A stretch of DNA of 64,000 bases from a virus (Duplodnaviria; Caudoviricetes), in the IMG/VR virus record IMGVR_UViG_2880152234_000004, positions 77,871 through 141,870 of that record, one strand, 5' to 3'. Position 1 is the first letter of the stretch, and each line of letters starts with the position of its first letter. Below, piece after piece: positions 41,501-52,397 of the stretch. The position numbers and the translations under genes were made by a program. A model generated the notes under the pieces. It had not been told where the DNA came from and searched no databases. It was given only the letters and a program-made list of their open reading frames with translations.

Positions 41501-41964
41501 TCTCTTTCAAAATCAATTTTTCGGCTGTAAACAAAAGTAGTGCCTGAGCTTAATGCTTTAATCTGTATAGAGTTATCTTGAAGTGCGTCCATTGGAATCT
41601 CAAAATATTTATCCCAGCCTATAACTACCTTATTCTGACCAAGAATGGCATCGGATTTATACATCCTAGCTGTACCATCATATAACAGATTTTTTCCATC
41701 TTTACCCGTGATAACTGTTAACTTTGTATACCCCATAAAACGAGCCTTAACGTGAAGTTTATCACCTTTTAAAACACTTGGAGCTTTGGTTTGACTAAAA
41801 GTGATGTTATCCCAAGCAAAATCGTTCCCGTCTGATGTAATCCCTGTAATTTGCAGATAATAAAGTGGTGTTGCTTCTGCTGCTTTGGCTTTTGTTGGAT
41901 CAGTGTAAGCAAAAGCTACTACTGCTAGAAAAGCAAGCAGCACATACGTAATTCTTTTCTTCAT
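41497..41964 (-). CDS. yolA: Secreted protein
   Basis: 155 aa with signal peptide (AKA|AEA). Confidence 0.85.
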   Translation of the reverse strand: MKKRITYVLLAFLAVVAFAYTDPTKAKAAEATPLYYLQITGITSDGNDFAWDNITFSQTKAPSVLKGDKLHVKARFMGYTKLTVITGKDGKNLLYDGTARMYKSDAILGQNKVVIGWDKYFEIPMDALQDNSIQIKALSSGTTFVYSRKIDFERE

Positions 41965-42194
41965 TTCCTAAATCCTCCTTGGTACAAGTTTACATGTTAA
42001 ATATCGTCATTTGAAAGGAATTGTTTAATATTTGAAATAAAAAAGAACCTGCATTTTGCAAGTTCATTCATATTGTCAATTTATTGTGAGTTTTTAACGA
42101 CAAGGACATTTATGTATAGTATAATATTTCCTGTACATTAAGATTGCTCACTCAAGGGAGTCTTGCTCATCCCCTAATGAAAGGGGGTGATGCT

Positions 42195-42278
42195 ATGTCA
42201 ACATTCCAGGCATTAATGTTAATGCTTGCATTCGGGTCGTTTATAATCGCCCTGTTGACGTATATAAATAAAAAATAG
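42195..42278 (+). CDS. Type I toxin, BsrH/BsrE family (MSTFQALMLMLAFGSFIIALLTYINKK)
   Basis: 27-aa TM peptide; AAGGGGGTGA RBS sequestered by upstream TCATCCCCT; missing from track. Confidence 0.9.
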   Translation: MSTFQALMLMLAFGSFIIALLTYINKK

Positions 42279-42456
42279 ACCTCCCTTGAGCCTCAGAACC
42301 TAAAGGGATAGGTCTACCAAGAAACCACATCGAGCAAGCCCTTTGATGGGCAACTTTTTGTACAGAGCCGGGGTGTTGGTAGCACCCTGGTCTTTTTATT
42401 TTATGCATTTCTTATTAAACAAATGCATTTTTTATACTTTAAAAAGTATAATCCTC
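42266..42456 (-). ncRNA. Antisense RNA antitoxin (SR5/as-bsrH-like); ends approximate
   Basis: Minus-strand TTGCAA(42492-87)-18-TATAAT(42468-63); hairpin TAGACCT..AGGTCTA 42276-42316 followed by U-run on minus strand. Confidence 0.7.
42366..42402 (+). terminator. Toxin mRNA terminator
   Basis: GCCGGGGTGT/GCACCCTGGT plus T-run. Confidence 0.8.
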
Positions 42457-42503
42457 ATCCTAATTATAACCATATAAAAATGGTATTTGCAATACTATTG
42501 CTT

Positions 42504-42531
42504 TATGGTTAAAACCATTATTTTATTGGAA
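42504..42531. repeat. 28-bp palindromic site copy 6 (TATGGTTAAAA ccatta TTTTATTGGAA)
   Basis: Dispersed family; between TA module and yokL. Confidence 0.65.
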
Positions 42532-42560
42532 CCCAGTACTTTATCGATGCACAAGTGATA

Positions 42561-43069
42561 TTATCCATGATTCAGTTCAAATTCTTCTCTTGTCATCCCA
42601 AAGCAAATACCATCATAATAGGCACCTTTAGTGAAAATGATCTTTCTTAGTTGTCCCTCTTTCATGAAACCTAATTTTTCATGTAATCGTATGGATGGAT
42701 TATTAAAAGAATAAACAGTTGTATTTACTTTTTGATAAGCAAGTTCCAAAAAGAAAAAGCGAAGAACCATCAAGATCATTTCTTTGGCAAATCCTTTGCC
42801 CCTATATGGCTCGAATACAGCCAAATAATAACCGAAGGTACCATTTTTCCTATCACAGTCAAAGGTTTCAATCATACCTACTATATACGGAATTCATCTT
42901 TTTCTAATTGTTCTTCTACCCATTCTCTCATGTTATTAGCTGAACGAGGAAAATGTAGCGAGTCCATATTTCGCAGAATTTCATCATCTAACGAATCAAA
43001 TATAACGATATCTTCAGGTTGAATTGCTCGCAGTGTAAGATTCTCCCCTGTCCAATAAGTAACTGCCAT
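42561..43069 (-). pseudogene. yokL: GNAT acetyltransferase, frameshifted by a short internal deletion
   Basis: Two consecutive out-of-frame pieces (..EKDEFR / MIETFDCD..) of one RimJ/RimL-type GNAT; break near 42885. Confidence 0.85.
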
Positions 43070-43104
43070 TTTAACTTTTCCTCCAGTTATCTCCATACGT
43101 TTTC

Positions 43105-43683
43105 TTAACTGCTTAGTAAGTCATCATCTAATTCAATATACAGAATTCCATCATCTTCTTTATCAGCTTCAATTGGTTCATCAACTAAACTGAAGACAAA
43201 CTCCTCAAACGAATTGGCAATTAAGAAAAAGTCTTTGTCGGGATGACTTAATTCATGATCCCAAAACAATATCTTTCCATTATCGATATCCATGCATATT
43301 TCATTCCCGCCTGCAGAGCTTGCTATAGGAATAATATTTCTAGGAAAGCGATCAGAATATGTATCTATTGCTTTCTGAAGACTGTTATGATCGTTCGCTA
43401 AACCATAAAAACCTTCTAACAATTGTGTATCATCGCCCTTGCCCATCCAAGGATCTTTCTCTAAAGGTTTATAGCAAACGTCATACTCAATTTCATCTGT
43501 TGTTTTTGTACTTTCTAGATAACAGCCGCCATATTCCTTCAAAAAATCCTTATAATCAGAAGGTAATTGTTTTCCTATGTTCATTTCAATTTCTTTGAGT
43601 TGTTCATTTTTATTGATTCTGGGATCTGTTTTTGCATCAATTGAAAACTCTTTCAACATTTGTTTGATATTATTGAAGCTCAT
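43105..43683 (-). CDS. yokK: SMI1/KNR4 (SUKH) immunity protein
   Basis: LPSDYKDFL..YGG, IPIASSAGGN, IANSFEEF; ATG 43683 gives 192 aa. Confidence 0.85.
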   Translation of the reverse strand: MSFNNIKQMLKEFSIDAKTDPRINKNEQLKEIEMNIGKQLPSDYKDFLKEYGGCYLESTKTTDEIEYDVCYKPLEKDPWMGKGDDTQLLEGFYGLANDHNSLQKAIDTYSDRFPRNIIPIASSAGGNEICMDIDNGKILFWDHELSHPDKDFFLIANSFEEFVFSLVDEPIEADKEDDGILYIELDDDLLSS

Positions 43684-43737
43684 ATTAATCCCCTCCGCAT
43701 TGCACACTTTAGCAATGAACAATTGCAATACTTTTGT

Positions 43738-44196
43738 TTAATTGTCTAAACTAACTTTCAATGCATCAGCTAGCATGGCGTTAAAATCATTAAATTTGTT
43801 CATCAGCGTTCCAGAGGGTTTATCAAGCTCTAAGTATTCATTCTCAATTACATCTAAACAATACCAAGCTGTATCTGAGTCACCAAAAAACAGATATTTT
43901 TTCTGCTCATCATTTTCGTGCCACTGTTCATTTGTTTCAATAAAACCATAAACTTCTTCATCATTTTCTTCTCTCAGTAATTCTTGATCCAATCCATAGA
44001 TTACCAAGCCATTAAAATCTAATCCGTTTACAGTTTGAAGGAATTTTTTATATTCTAAAGGAATCTCATTTACAGGGAACTTACCTAATACTGCTTCTTC
44101 AAAGTTCCTTATTTCTTGGTCTGTAACAGGAGAATTTAATTCATCTCCATACTTTGCTTCAGTTTTTCGAATTTCCTCTAATAAATTTACCCACAT
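43738..44196 (-). CDS. SUKH/YrhA-like immunity protein, probable cognate of the LXG toxin
   Basis: IPLEYKKFLQTVNGLDFNGL motif; acidic; directly downstream of toxin. Confidence 0.8.
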   Translation of the reverse strand: MWVNLLEEIRKTEAKYGDELNSPVTDQEIRNFEEAVLGKFPVNEIPLEYKKFLQTVNGLDFNGLVIYGLDQELLREENDEEVYGFIETNEQWHENDEQKKYLFFGDSDTAWYCLDVIENEYLELDKPSGTLMNKFNDFNAMLADALKVSLDN

Positions 44197-44208
44197 AATA
44201 CTGCCCCC

Positions 44209-46113
<1,905 letters not shown>

Positions 46114-46194
46114 CTACTCTATGTAAATTTTACCACAATAATCTATTTGAATAACAGAAAAAGACAGCCGAAAATGACCGCCTTAAACATCGTG

Positions 46195-46736
46195 CTACCT
46201 TGTTCTATAATAATTTTCTGCGGTATAGTAGCGCCATTCCCAAAAAGTTGCCCCATTGGATTCTATATACCGATCTAGAAATATCTCAAAGTTTAAATTT
46301 AATGGTGTATACTCTCCTAATTGTAATATAAAAAGATAGTTGGGATCACCCTTATCCAATTTATCTTTGTCGATCATCAAATGACAACCTTCTAATAAAT
46401 GACCAATTGGGATGCCATTGATACCTTCAAATAAATCCTCATATTTTAGTTCCTTTTCAATCTCTTCAAGGCTAAATAAATAAAGTCCCCCACCTATATT
46501 CTCCCCATCAAAAAGAATCTGAAAAATTTTCGCACCATTATGTAGTGTCATGAACTTCTGATAATCCTTTGGAAGGCTAAGTTGGTGTTTAGCATCAAAG
46601 CTTTGGAGGTCATTCAGGGTTGCTTTGTCCTCTGAAAATGTAACAAGGAACTCCATGATATATCCTTCAGAACAAAATAATTTAATGGCCTCTTTTTCAT
46701 CTAACCGTTGACTGTCTTATGAACAAAGTTAGTCAA
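46195..46736 (-). pseudogene. yokH: SMI1/KNR4 protein with N-terminal frameshift
   Basis: GGGGTGA RBS + TTG 46736 (MTNFVHKT) stops at codon 12; [22 protein letters not shown] continues in another frame. Confidence 0.72.
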
Positions 46737-46802
46737 ATAAATCACCCCATATATAAATGCTATTTATAATCACGGATACATGGCAAATGAAACTTTAATA
46801 AT

Positions 46803-47005
46803 TTAAACATTAACAATTTTATTCATAATTGAAGCAGCATTAGTAGTGAACAAAATATATGTACATTTAGTTGTTTTAATCACTACCCTGTCGGTAGAGA
46901 TAAAAGGAAATCCAATCCTTACTGCGCTTTTCTCTTCTCCCCAATAGTTTGGATCAAGCAATACCTCGTTAATTAATTTCTCTGATTGGAATTTCACTTT
47001 TGAAT
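46803..47005 (-). pseudogene. 3' part of a SunI/YnzG-like gene, degraded
   Basis: [32 protein letters not shown] motif; frameshifts at its 5' side. Confidence 0.65.
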
Positions 47006-47091
47006 AAATTCGCAAATTCAGGGTGGTGTTTAATCTTTATGACAACTTTCCACTGATAAATTTTTAAAAATCATCACCAAGAATGTCCTTA

Positions 47092-48177
47092 TCATTGATT
47101 TTCAAGCTTAGCCCTAGCGATCTTCATATATTCACTGATAAATGGCGATTCCATTCTTTGTAACCCTCCCATGTGTTGGGGAAGAACTAAACTTTTTGCA
47201 AATCTAGAGTCTGTTAACCACGGTAGAGCTATTTTTTTGGTAACTCTATTATTTGAGAAATTTATAATTTCGTGGTTATCATCTACTGAATTGAAAAATT
47301 TCACTTCTCTTTCTAGTTCATTAATTTTAGACGTATTCTTATTTTTATTATAAATTTTTCTAATATAATCCTCTTTTATTCTCTGATTAAAGAACGTGTT
47401 ATCATAAGAGTTTAAATAAAACAATTCATTTAAATAATCTATTTCTCGGGCTCTTTTTAATGTCAGAACACCATTTTCTGCCTCTGGAATATCATATGCT
47501 TCACTATCGTAAAAGAGTAAACAATGCTGAGAAGATATTGGAAGGAATAACTGTAGCCCTCTAGTAACAAGGCCAAAACCCCTTCCATGATAATTCCTTC
47601 CAATATAAAATGAATTGTAACGAACTAATGGATTGTCTGATGTTATGAACTTTCTTGATGTTTTCTGTAATATCAAGATAGGTTCCAAATCATAAATTAG
47701 CGGGGTACTTTCTAAAGCAATACCTATAATATTATTAGCAGGTTGATTTATCTTGATTTCAAATTGGTCTAAATCTACTTCTTTAAAATCAGGATGTCCC
47801 TTAATCATTGTTTTGATCAGTTTATCAGCTGCATTTTCTGCTGAGTCAGCACTCCGTAAATTTCTTCCCTCACTAACTAATAAAAAAGTAAGTAGATGCT
47901 CATAATCTTCTATTTCATTAACAAAGTCTAGGATACTGTTTGTGTCTATAATTTTCTTTATAATTCTCGCGGCTTTTCTTTCAATCTCTTTATCTAAAAA
48001 ATCCTCAACTACTTTGTCGTCACCGTAGAAATTGTTTCTTTGACACATATCTTTAATCGAAGCATTTTGGATGTATAATGAATTCATGATATTAAATGTG
48101 CTAATTGATTTGTCAGTTTCAGAAAAATTTCTCAAATAAAATTTCGGAACATAGTGCTGTCTACTTTTTTGTCCCAT
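47092..48177 (-). CDS. DUF4238-family protein; candidate anti-phage gene
   Basis: RQHYVPKFYLRNFS, FITSDNP, LPISSQHCL motifs; GGAGG RBS before MGQKS. Confidence 0.82.
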   Translation of the reverse strand: MGQKSRQHYVPKFYLRNFSETDKSISTFNIMNSLYIQNASIKDMCQRNNFYGDDKVVEDFLDKEIERKAARIIKKIIDTNSILDFVNEIEDYEHLLTFLLVSEGRNLRSADSAENAADKLIKTMIKGHPDFKEVDLDQFEIKINQPANNIIGIALESTPLIYDLEPILILQKTSRKFITSDNPLVRYNSFYIGRNYHGRGFGLVTRGLQLFLPISSQHCLLFYDSEAYDIPEAENGVLTLKRAREIDYLNELFYLNSYDNTFFNQRIKEDYIRKIYNKNKNTSKINELEREVKFFNSVDDNHEIINFSNNRVTKKIALPWLTDSRFAKSLVLPQHMGGLQRMESPFISEYMKIARAKLENQ

Positions 48178-48269
48178 ACTTGCTCCTCCCATATCCCTTT
48201 ACTGGACAATTTTACTCCACCTATTATTTGAATTTTAATAACTTCTTTCATTGACTCTAATATGTGAAG

Positions 48270-48322
48270 GTACAAACACTTAATTAAGTTCCATTTGATT
48301 TTTCAACTGTAATCTCTAGCAT
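48270..48322 (-). pseudogene. 5' part of the SunI/YnzG-like gene (MLEITVEKSNG...)
   Basis: GAAGGGA RBS, ATG 48322, sequence typical of the family N-terminus. Confidence 0.5.
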
Positions 48323-48495
48323 AAGACCATTCCCTTCTGATAACGAACCTAGTAAAATTTTAACATGCGCCAACAAAACCTAAACAGAGATGTGATTATA
48401 TTAAGGAAAAATTAAATTCACAATAATTGGATACAGGATTATAATTATTGATGGTTTACCGATATAAATAGAGAACAAACATTCTAAAAGGGGAA

Positions 48496-49392
48496 ATGAA
48501 ATTGAAGAAAGTATTATTAGGTTTTGCAGCATTCACTTTGAGCTTATCGTTGGCAGCCTGCAGCTCAAATGATTCTGAAAAAGTAAGCACAGAAAAAGAA
48601 ACACCACAAGCGTCTTCGGATGTAGAAAAGAAAACAGAACAAAAGGAATCTACTAAAGAAAAAACTACTCACAAGCCTAAGGAAAAAGACAAAAAGGAAT
48701 TAGTCGATGTGACATTAGATAGAGCAGTTGATGGAGATACGATTAAGGTTAATTACAACGGAAATGTAGACACAGTGCGCTACTTGCTCATAGACACACC
48801 TGAGACGAAGAAACCAAATTCATGTGTTCAACCGTATGGCGAAGATGCTTCTAAGCGAAATAAAGAATTGGTCAGCAATGGTAAACTGCAGCTTGAATTT
48901 GATAAAGGTGACGGGAGAGATAAGTATGGAAGACTATTAGCTTACGTTTATGTCGATGGCAAGTCTGTTCAGGAAACATTATTGAAAGAAGGATTAGCCA
49001 GAGTAGCCTATGTATATGAGCCAAATACGAAATACATAGACCAATTTAAGAAAGACGAGCAAGAAGCAAAAACAGAGAAGCTTTCTATTTGGAGTAAGAA
49101 TGGATATGTGACTGACCGAGGGTTTAATGGCTGTGTGAAAGAAAAAACCACTGCAGTTAAAAAAGCAACAACATCTAAATCGGCAGCAACACAGCCTACA
49201 ACTCCAAAAACATCAAGTGAAACTTCGACTACAACTGAAAACGAAGCTTCTTCAGAGTCAACTGGAGAAACAGAAACATTTAAAAATTGTACTGAGTTAA
49301 GAAAGAAATATCCGAATGGAGTACCTAGCTCGCACCCTGCTTACCAATCGAAAATGGATAGGGATCATGACAACTATGCTTGTGAACGTTAA
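48496..49392 (+). CDS. yokF: Thermonuclease-family lipoprotein with Excalibur domain
   Basis: Lipobox LAAC; VDGDT, IDTPET, DKYGRLLAY; DRDHDNYACE. Confidence 0.93.
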   Translation: MKLKKVLLGFAAFTLSLSLAACSSNDSEKVSTEKETPQASSDVEKKTEQKESTKEKTTHKPKEKDKKELVDVTLDRAVDGDTIKVNYNGNVDTVRYLLIDTPETKKPNSCVQPYGEDASKRNKELVSNGKLQLEFDKGDGRDKYGRLLAYVYVDGKSVQETLLKEGLARVAYVYEPNTKYIDQFKKDEQEAKTEKLSIWSKNGYVTDRGFNGCVKEKTTAVKKATTSKSAATQPTTPKTSSETSTTTENEASSESTGETETFKNCTELRKKYPNGVPSSHPAYQSKMDRDHDNYACER

Positions 49393-49470
49393 TTGAAAGC
49401 CCTTTGTGGCTTTCTTTTTTTAATATGTAATATAAAAAACCCCTCCTCTAAATAAAGGAGAGGAATAGAT

Positions 49471-50352
49471 TTATAGAGAACCCCAGATAGATTTACCACC
49501 TGTATGTCCAGTTTTTTCATGTATAGTTCTATTTACTAATTGCAATCTGCCTGTATTTTCATGATGGTGCCATATATACCCTCGTGGAGTTTTCCCATTT
49601 TTAATGTCTTGAATCTGATACTTATTAAATTTTTTCGCATGCTCCCAAGTATTAATTGCCTTCTTCAAAGATGCGTTTGCATTTTTAAACTGAGTACTAT
49701 TTGAAGATTTAATTAGACTCATAGGGAGATTGTAATTGTATTTAGATGCGAAAACAGGAAAACCTTTAGAATTAAATTTTACACCAGTCTTAGGGTGCTT
49801 CTTTCCTGCGAGCTTACCATTTCTGACTGCAATTTTCTTTGTTGTTGACTTTAACGTCTGCTTAACTAAGAGCTTACCTCCGACACGACTAACAACAGCA
49901 ATTGCAGGTGGAATTAACCAAGCCCATTGAGCATGATAAGATTCATCCTCACCTACATCATCAGTTTCTGGTTCAGTGGCGCTTTCAGTCGGAGTTACAA
50001 CATTCTCTTCAAATTCACTATCAGGAACACTTTCGTCTTCAATGATTTCTTCTTGCGCTGCGTCCTCTAATAAATTTTCATCTTCATAGACTGGAGCATC
50101 TACTAAATTATTATAATACGAATCTTCCGAAACATCAGAGTAATCTTCGTATGATTCCTCTTCGTAGTTAAAGTCATCCTCATACTCTTCATACTCGGAA
50201 TCAACCGGATTTTCATCTGATCCTTGAACTGACTCTGTTCCAGATTGAACCGGCTGTTCAATTGACTGTGCTTCAGCAAAGTTCGGCAATACAAAAGTTA
50301 GCAGCAGGAGCAAACTCAAAACGACACTCAAAATCTTCTGATAGCTTTTCAT
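49471..50352 (-). CDS. Sec-exported HNH (WHH-like) nuclease toxin with acidic pro-region
   Basis: Signal peptide (AEA|Q), ~110-aa D/E-rich tract, hydrophobic QWAWLIPPAIAVV, basic domain with TPRGYIWHHHE..LQLV..H...HTGG. Confidence 0.8.
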   Translation of the reverse strand: MKSYQKILSVVLSLLLLLTFVLPNFAEAQSIEQPVQSGTESVQGSDENPVDSEYEEYEDDFNYEEESYEDYSDVSEDSYYNNLVDAPVYEDENLLEDAAQEEIIEDESVPDSEFEENVVTPTESATEPETDDVGEDESYHAQWAWLIPPAIAVVSRVGGKLLVKQTLKSTTKKIAVRNGKLAGKKHPKTGVKFNSKGFPVFASKYNYNLPMSLIKSSNSTQFKNANASLKKAINTWEHAKKFNKYQIQDIKNGKTPRGYIWHHHENTGRLQLVNRTIHEKTGHTGGKSIWGSL

Positions 50353-50444
50353 TAATTTCCTCTTTTCTTTAGGATTTTTAACACATTTCCATTCTAGTAC
50401 AAATGATGTTAAAAATAAACAAAAAGAGGAAAATTATACTCATT

Positions 50445-51284
50445 TTACAAGAAGTCTTTGAGTTGATCTAATATAATCTCAGTATCTTCATTTTCAGACT
50501 TTCCTAACTCATTAACAGCTTCTTGTACGACAGCTCTTAGATTATTTGATTGTATTTGAGGTGAATATGAAGAAACAATCGACATCAAAACGTCAGCCAA
50601 TTCAAAAGCCATGTCACCTTGTGCTCCTATAGAATTATCTTTAATAATGTTCAGCAACCACTTTAGGTCTTCAACACTTTGGATTGGAAAAAGAGAAAGC
50701 CTATGAATCTCCATGGGGTTCTTATTAGCCAGGAGTTTTTCGACTTCTTCCTTCTGAATAGCATCTGGATCATTTGGATCAATACTTAGAATTTCATCAA
50801 AATCTAAATTTTCGTCTTCTTGAACTTCTTCGTATTCGTGTGTATAGAGTTTAGATAAGAATTCATCAAATGAATCTGCAATCTTAAAATCATTATTAAA
50901 TTCAAGATCAAAGTAATGAACAGGTGGATTTTCATTAGTTAGACGATAATCTAACGCAACCCAATTATGTCCATCCCCCTGTATTAACAATAATCTTTGT
51001 GGTAGACCCCACTCTTTTATTAGATATTCACTTTCTAAAATCCCCAGATCCTTTCCTATTCCTCTAATATGATCAACTCCAATATGGTCGTCTGCCCACG
51101 ATGTTTCCTGATCTGTTGGGTATGCATTAAAATTAATCAATCCACCATTTTGTTGGATAATCAATTTTTTATATTGTTCAGGTAAAGTTAGATTTAACTC
51201 TTGTTCAACATTCTTTATTTCATCTTCACTAATGTCTTTTAACCTAAAAGGATCATATTCACTGTTCTCCCAAAACTCACTCAT
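50445..51284 (-). CDS. SMI1/KNR4 immunity protein with acidic helical extension
   Basis: LPEQY....QNGG, GDGHNWVALDY, IADSFDEF. Confidence 0.87.
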   Translation of the reverse strand: MSEFWENSEYDPFRLKDISEDEIKNVEQELNLTLPEQYKKLIIQQNGGLINFNAYPTDQETSWADDHIGVDHIRGIGKDLGILESEYLIKEWGLPQRLLLIQGDGHNWVALDYRLTNENPPVHYFDLEFNNDFKIADSFDEFLSKLYTHEYEEVQEDENLDFDEILSIDPNDPDAIQKEEVEKLLANKNPMEIHRLSLFPIQSVEDLKWLLNIIKDNSIGAQGDMAFELADVLMSIVSSYSPQIQSNNLRAVVQEAVNELGKSENEDTEIILDQLKDFL

Positions 51285-51550
51285 AGTATTACCTCCTATG
51301 CGCTATGCAATGATTCTCCAAGACTATACGCTTTTAAATTCGGAAAGTTTTATCAAAGTTGTGATGGAAAATAAAACAGACGGTGATGTTCTTCACATGA
51401 GGCTTATCTTAGAAGAAAAGCCAGAGAGTATGTGAGGGAACTCTCTGGCCTATAGTGGCTGATATACCAACTATGATACATCTATAGGATACTTTATATT
51501 TGTGATGTATTCAAGATAAGATATATTTTATTGTTTAATGACCAGTTGAG

Positions 51551-51763
51551 TTACGCCTGATATCTCCTGCTGCTACTAGAACCAACATTTCTAAAGAGTA
51601 AGGAAGCAATCAAAGCTAAAACAAAATAAACAACTACAAACCCGCCCCAGAAGAAAAGCGCTTCATCGAATGGAAATCCAAATAGTCTAAAAATAACCCT
51701 GTGAACAATACCGGTAATAATAATCAGGATACTTGAAGATATTGCAAAAGTAATATGTTTCAT
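51551..51763 (-). CDS. Small two-TM membrane protein, likely bacteriocin immunity
   Basis: Last gene of Lcn972-like operon; AAGGAG RBS. Confidence 0.7.
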   Translation of the reverse strand: MKHITFAISSSILIIITGIVHRVIFRLFGFPFDEALFFWGGFVVVYFVLALIASLLFRNVGSSSSRRYQA

Positions 51764-51776
51764 CAAGAACAACTCC

Positions 51777-52397
51777 TTACGAAAGATTTATTACTCTATC
51801 AGAGCAGTTAGCTATTTCTGGATCATGCGTTACACATATGATTGTTTTCCCCATTTCTTTCAACTGATGGAAAAGAGAAAGAATAATGTTCTTGTTGTAC
51901 TCATCAAGGTTTCCGGTCGGTTCATCGGCCAAAATGATATCGCAGGGTTTTAGAATAATCCTGGCTATTGCTACACGCTGTTGCTCACCACCGCTCAACT
52001 GGTATACCTTTTTCTTTAAAAAGCTTTTATCTAAGCCTACCATCTCTAGAGCTTCAGATAGCTTGTTTTTGTCAAAGTCTTTTGCGTATGCTGTGGAAAG
52101 CAATAAATTCGTTAATACAGTTTCATTATCCATAAGCACATAGTTTTGAAAGATATATCCTAAATTCTCTCTCCTTAACTTCATCACCTCTTTAGATTTA
52201 GGATTTTCATAGCCTAAAATCACAACTTTACCTTCATCTGGGTAATCTAAGAGGCTGATTATATTTAGAAGAGTGGTTTTGCCAGAACCGCTCTTGCCAA
52301 CAATAGAAACGAATTCATTTTCCTCTATGTGAATTGAAAAGTTAGAAAGAACTGATTTTCCATCAAAACTTTTGGATATGCTTTTAAGTTCGATCAT
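51777..52397 (-). CDS. ABC transporter ATP-binding protein (bacteriocin-associated)
   Basis: GKSGSGKTT, LSGGEQQR, ILADEPTG. Confidence 0.95.
   Translation of the reverse strand: MIELKSISKSFDGKSVLSNFSIHIEENEFVSIVGKSGSGKTTLLNIISLLDYPDEGKVVILGYENPKSKEVMKLRRENLGYIFQNYVLMDNETVLTNLLLSTAYAKDFDKNKLSEALEMVGLDKSFLKKKVYQLSGGEQQRVAIARIILKPCDIILADEPTGNLDEYNKNIILSLFHQLKEMGKTIICVTHDPEIANCSDRVINLS

Noticed and set aside
46803-47015. Functional sublancin immunity or a sublancin cluster
   Set aside because: Only a broken SunI/YnzG-like remnant; no sunA, sunT, sunS or bdb genes in the window
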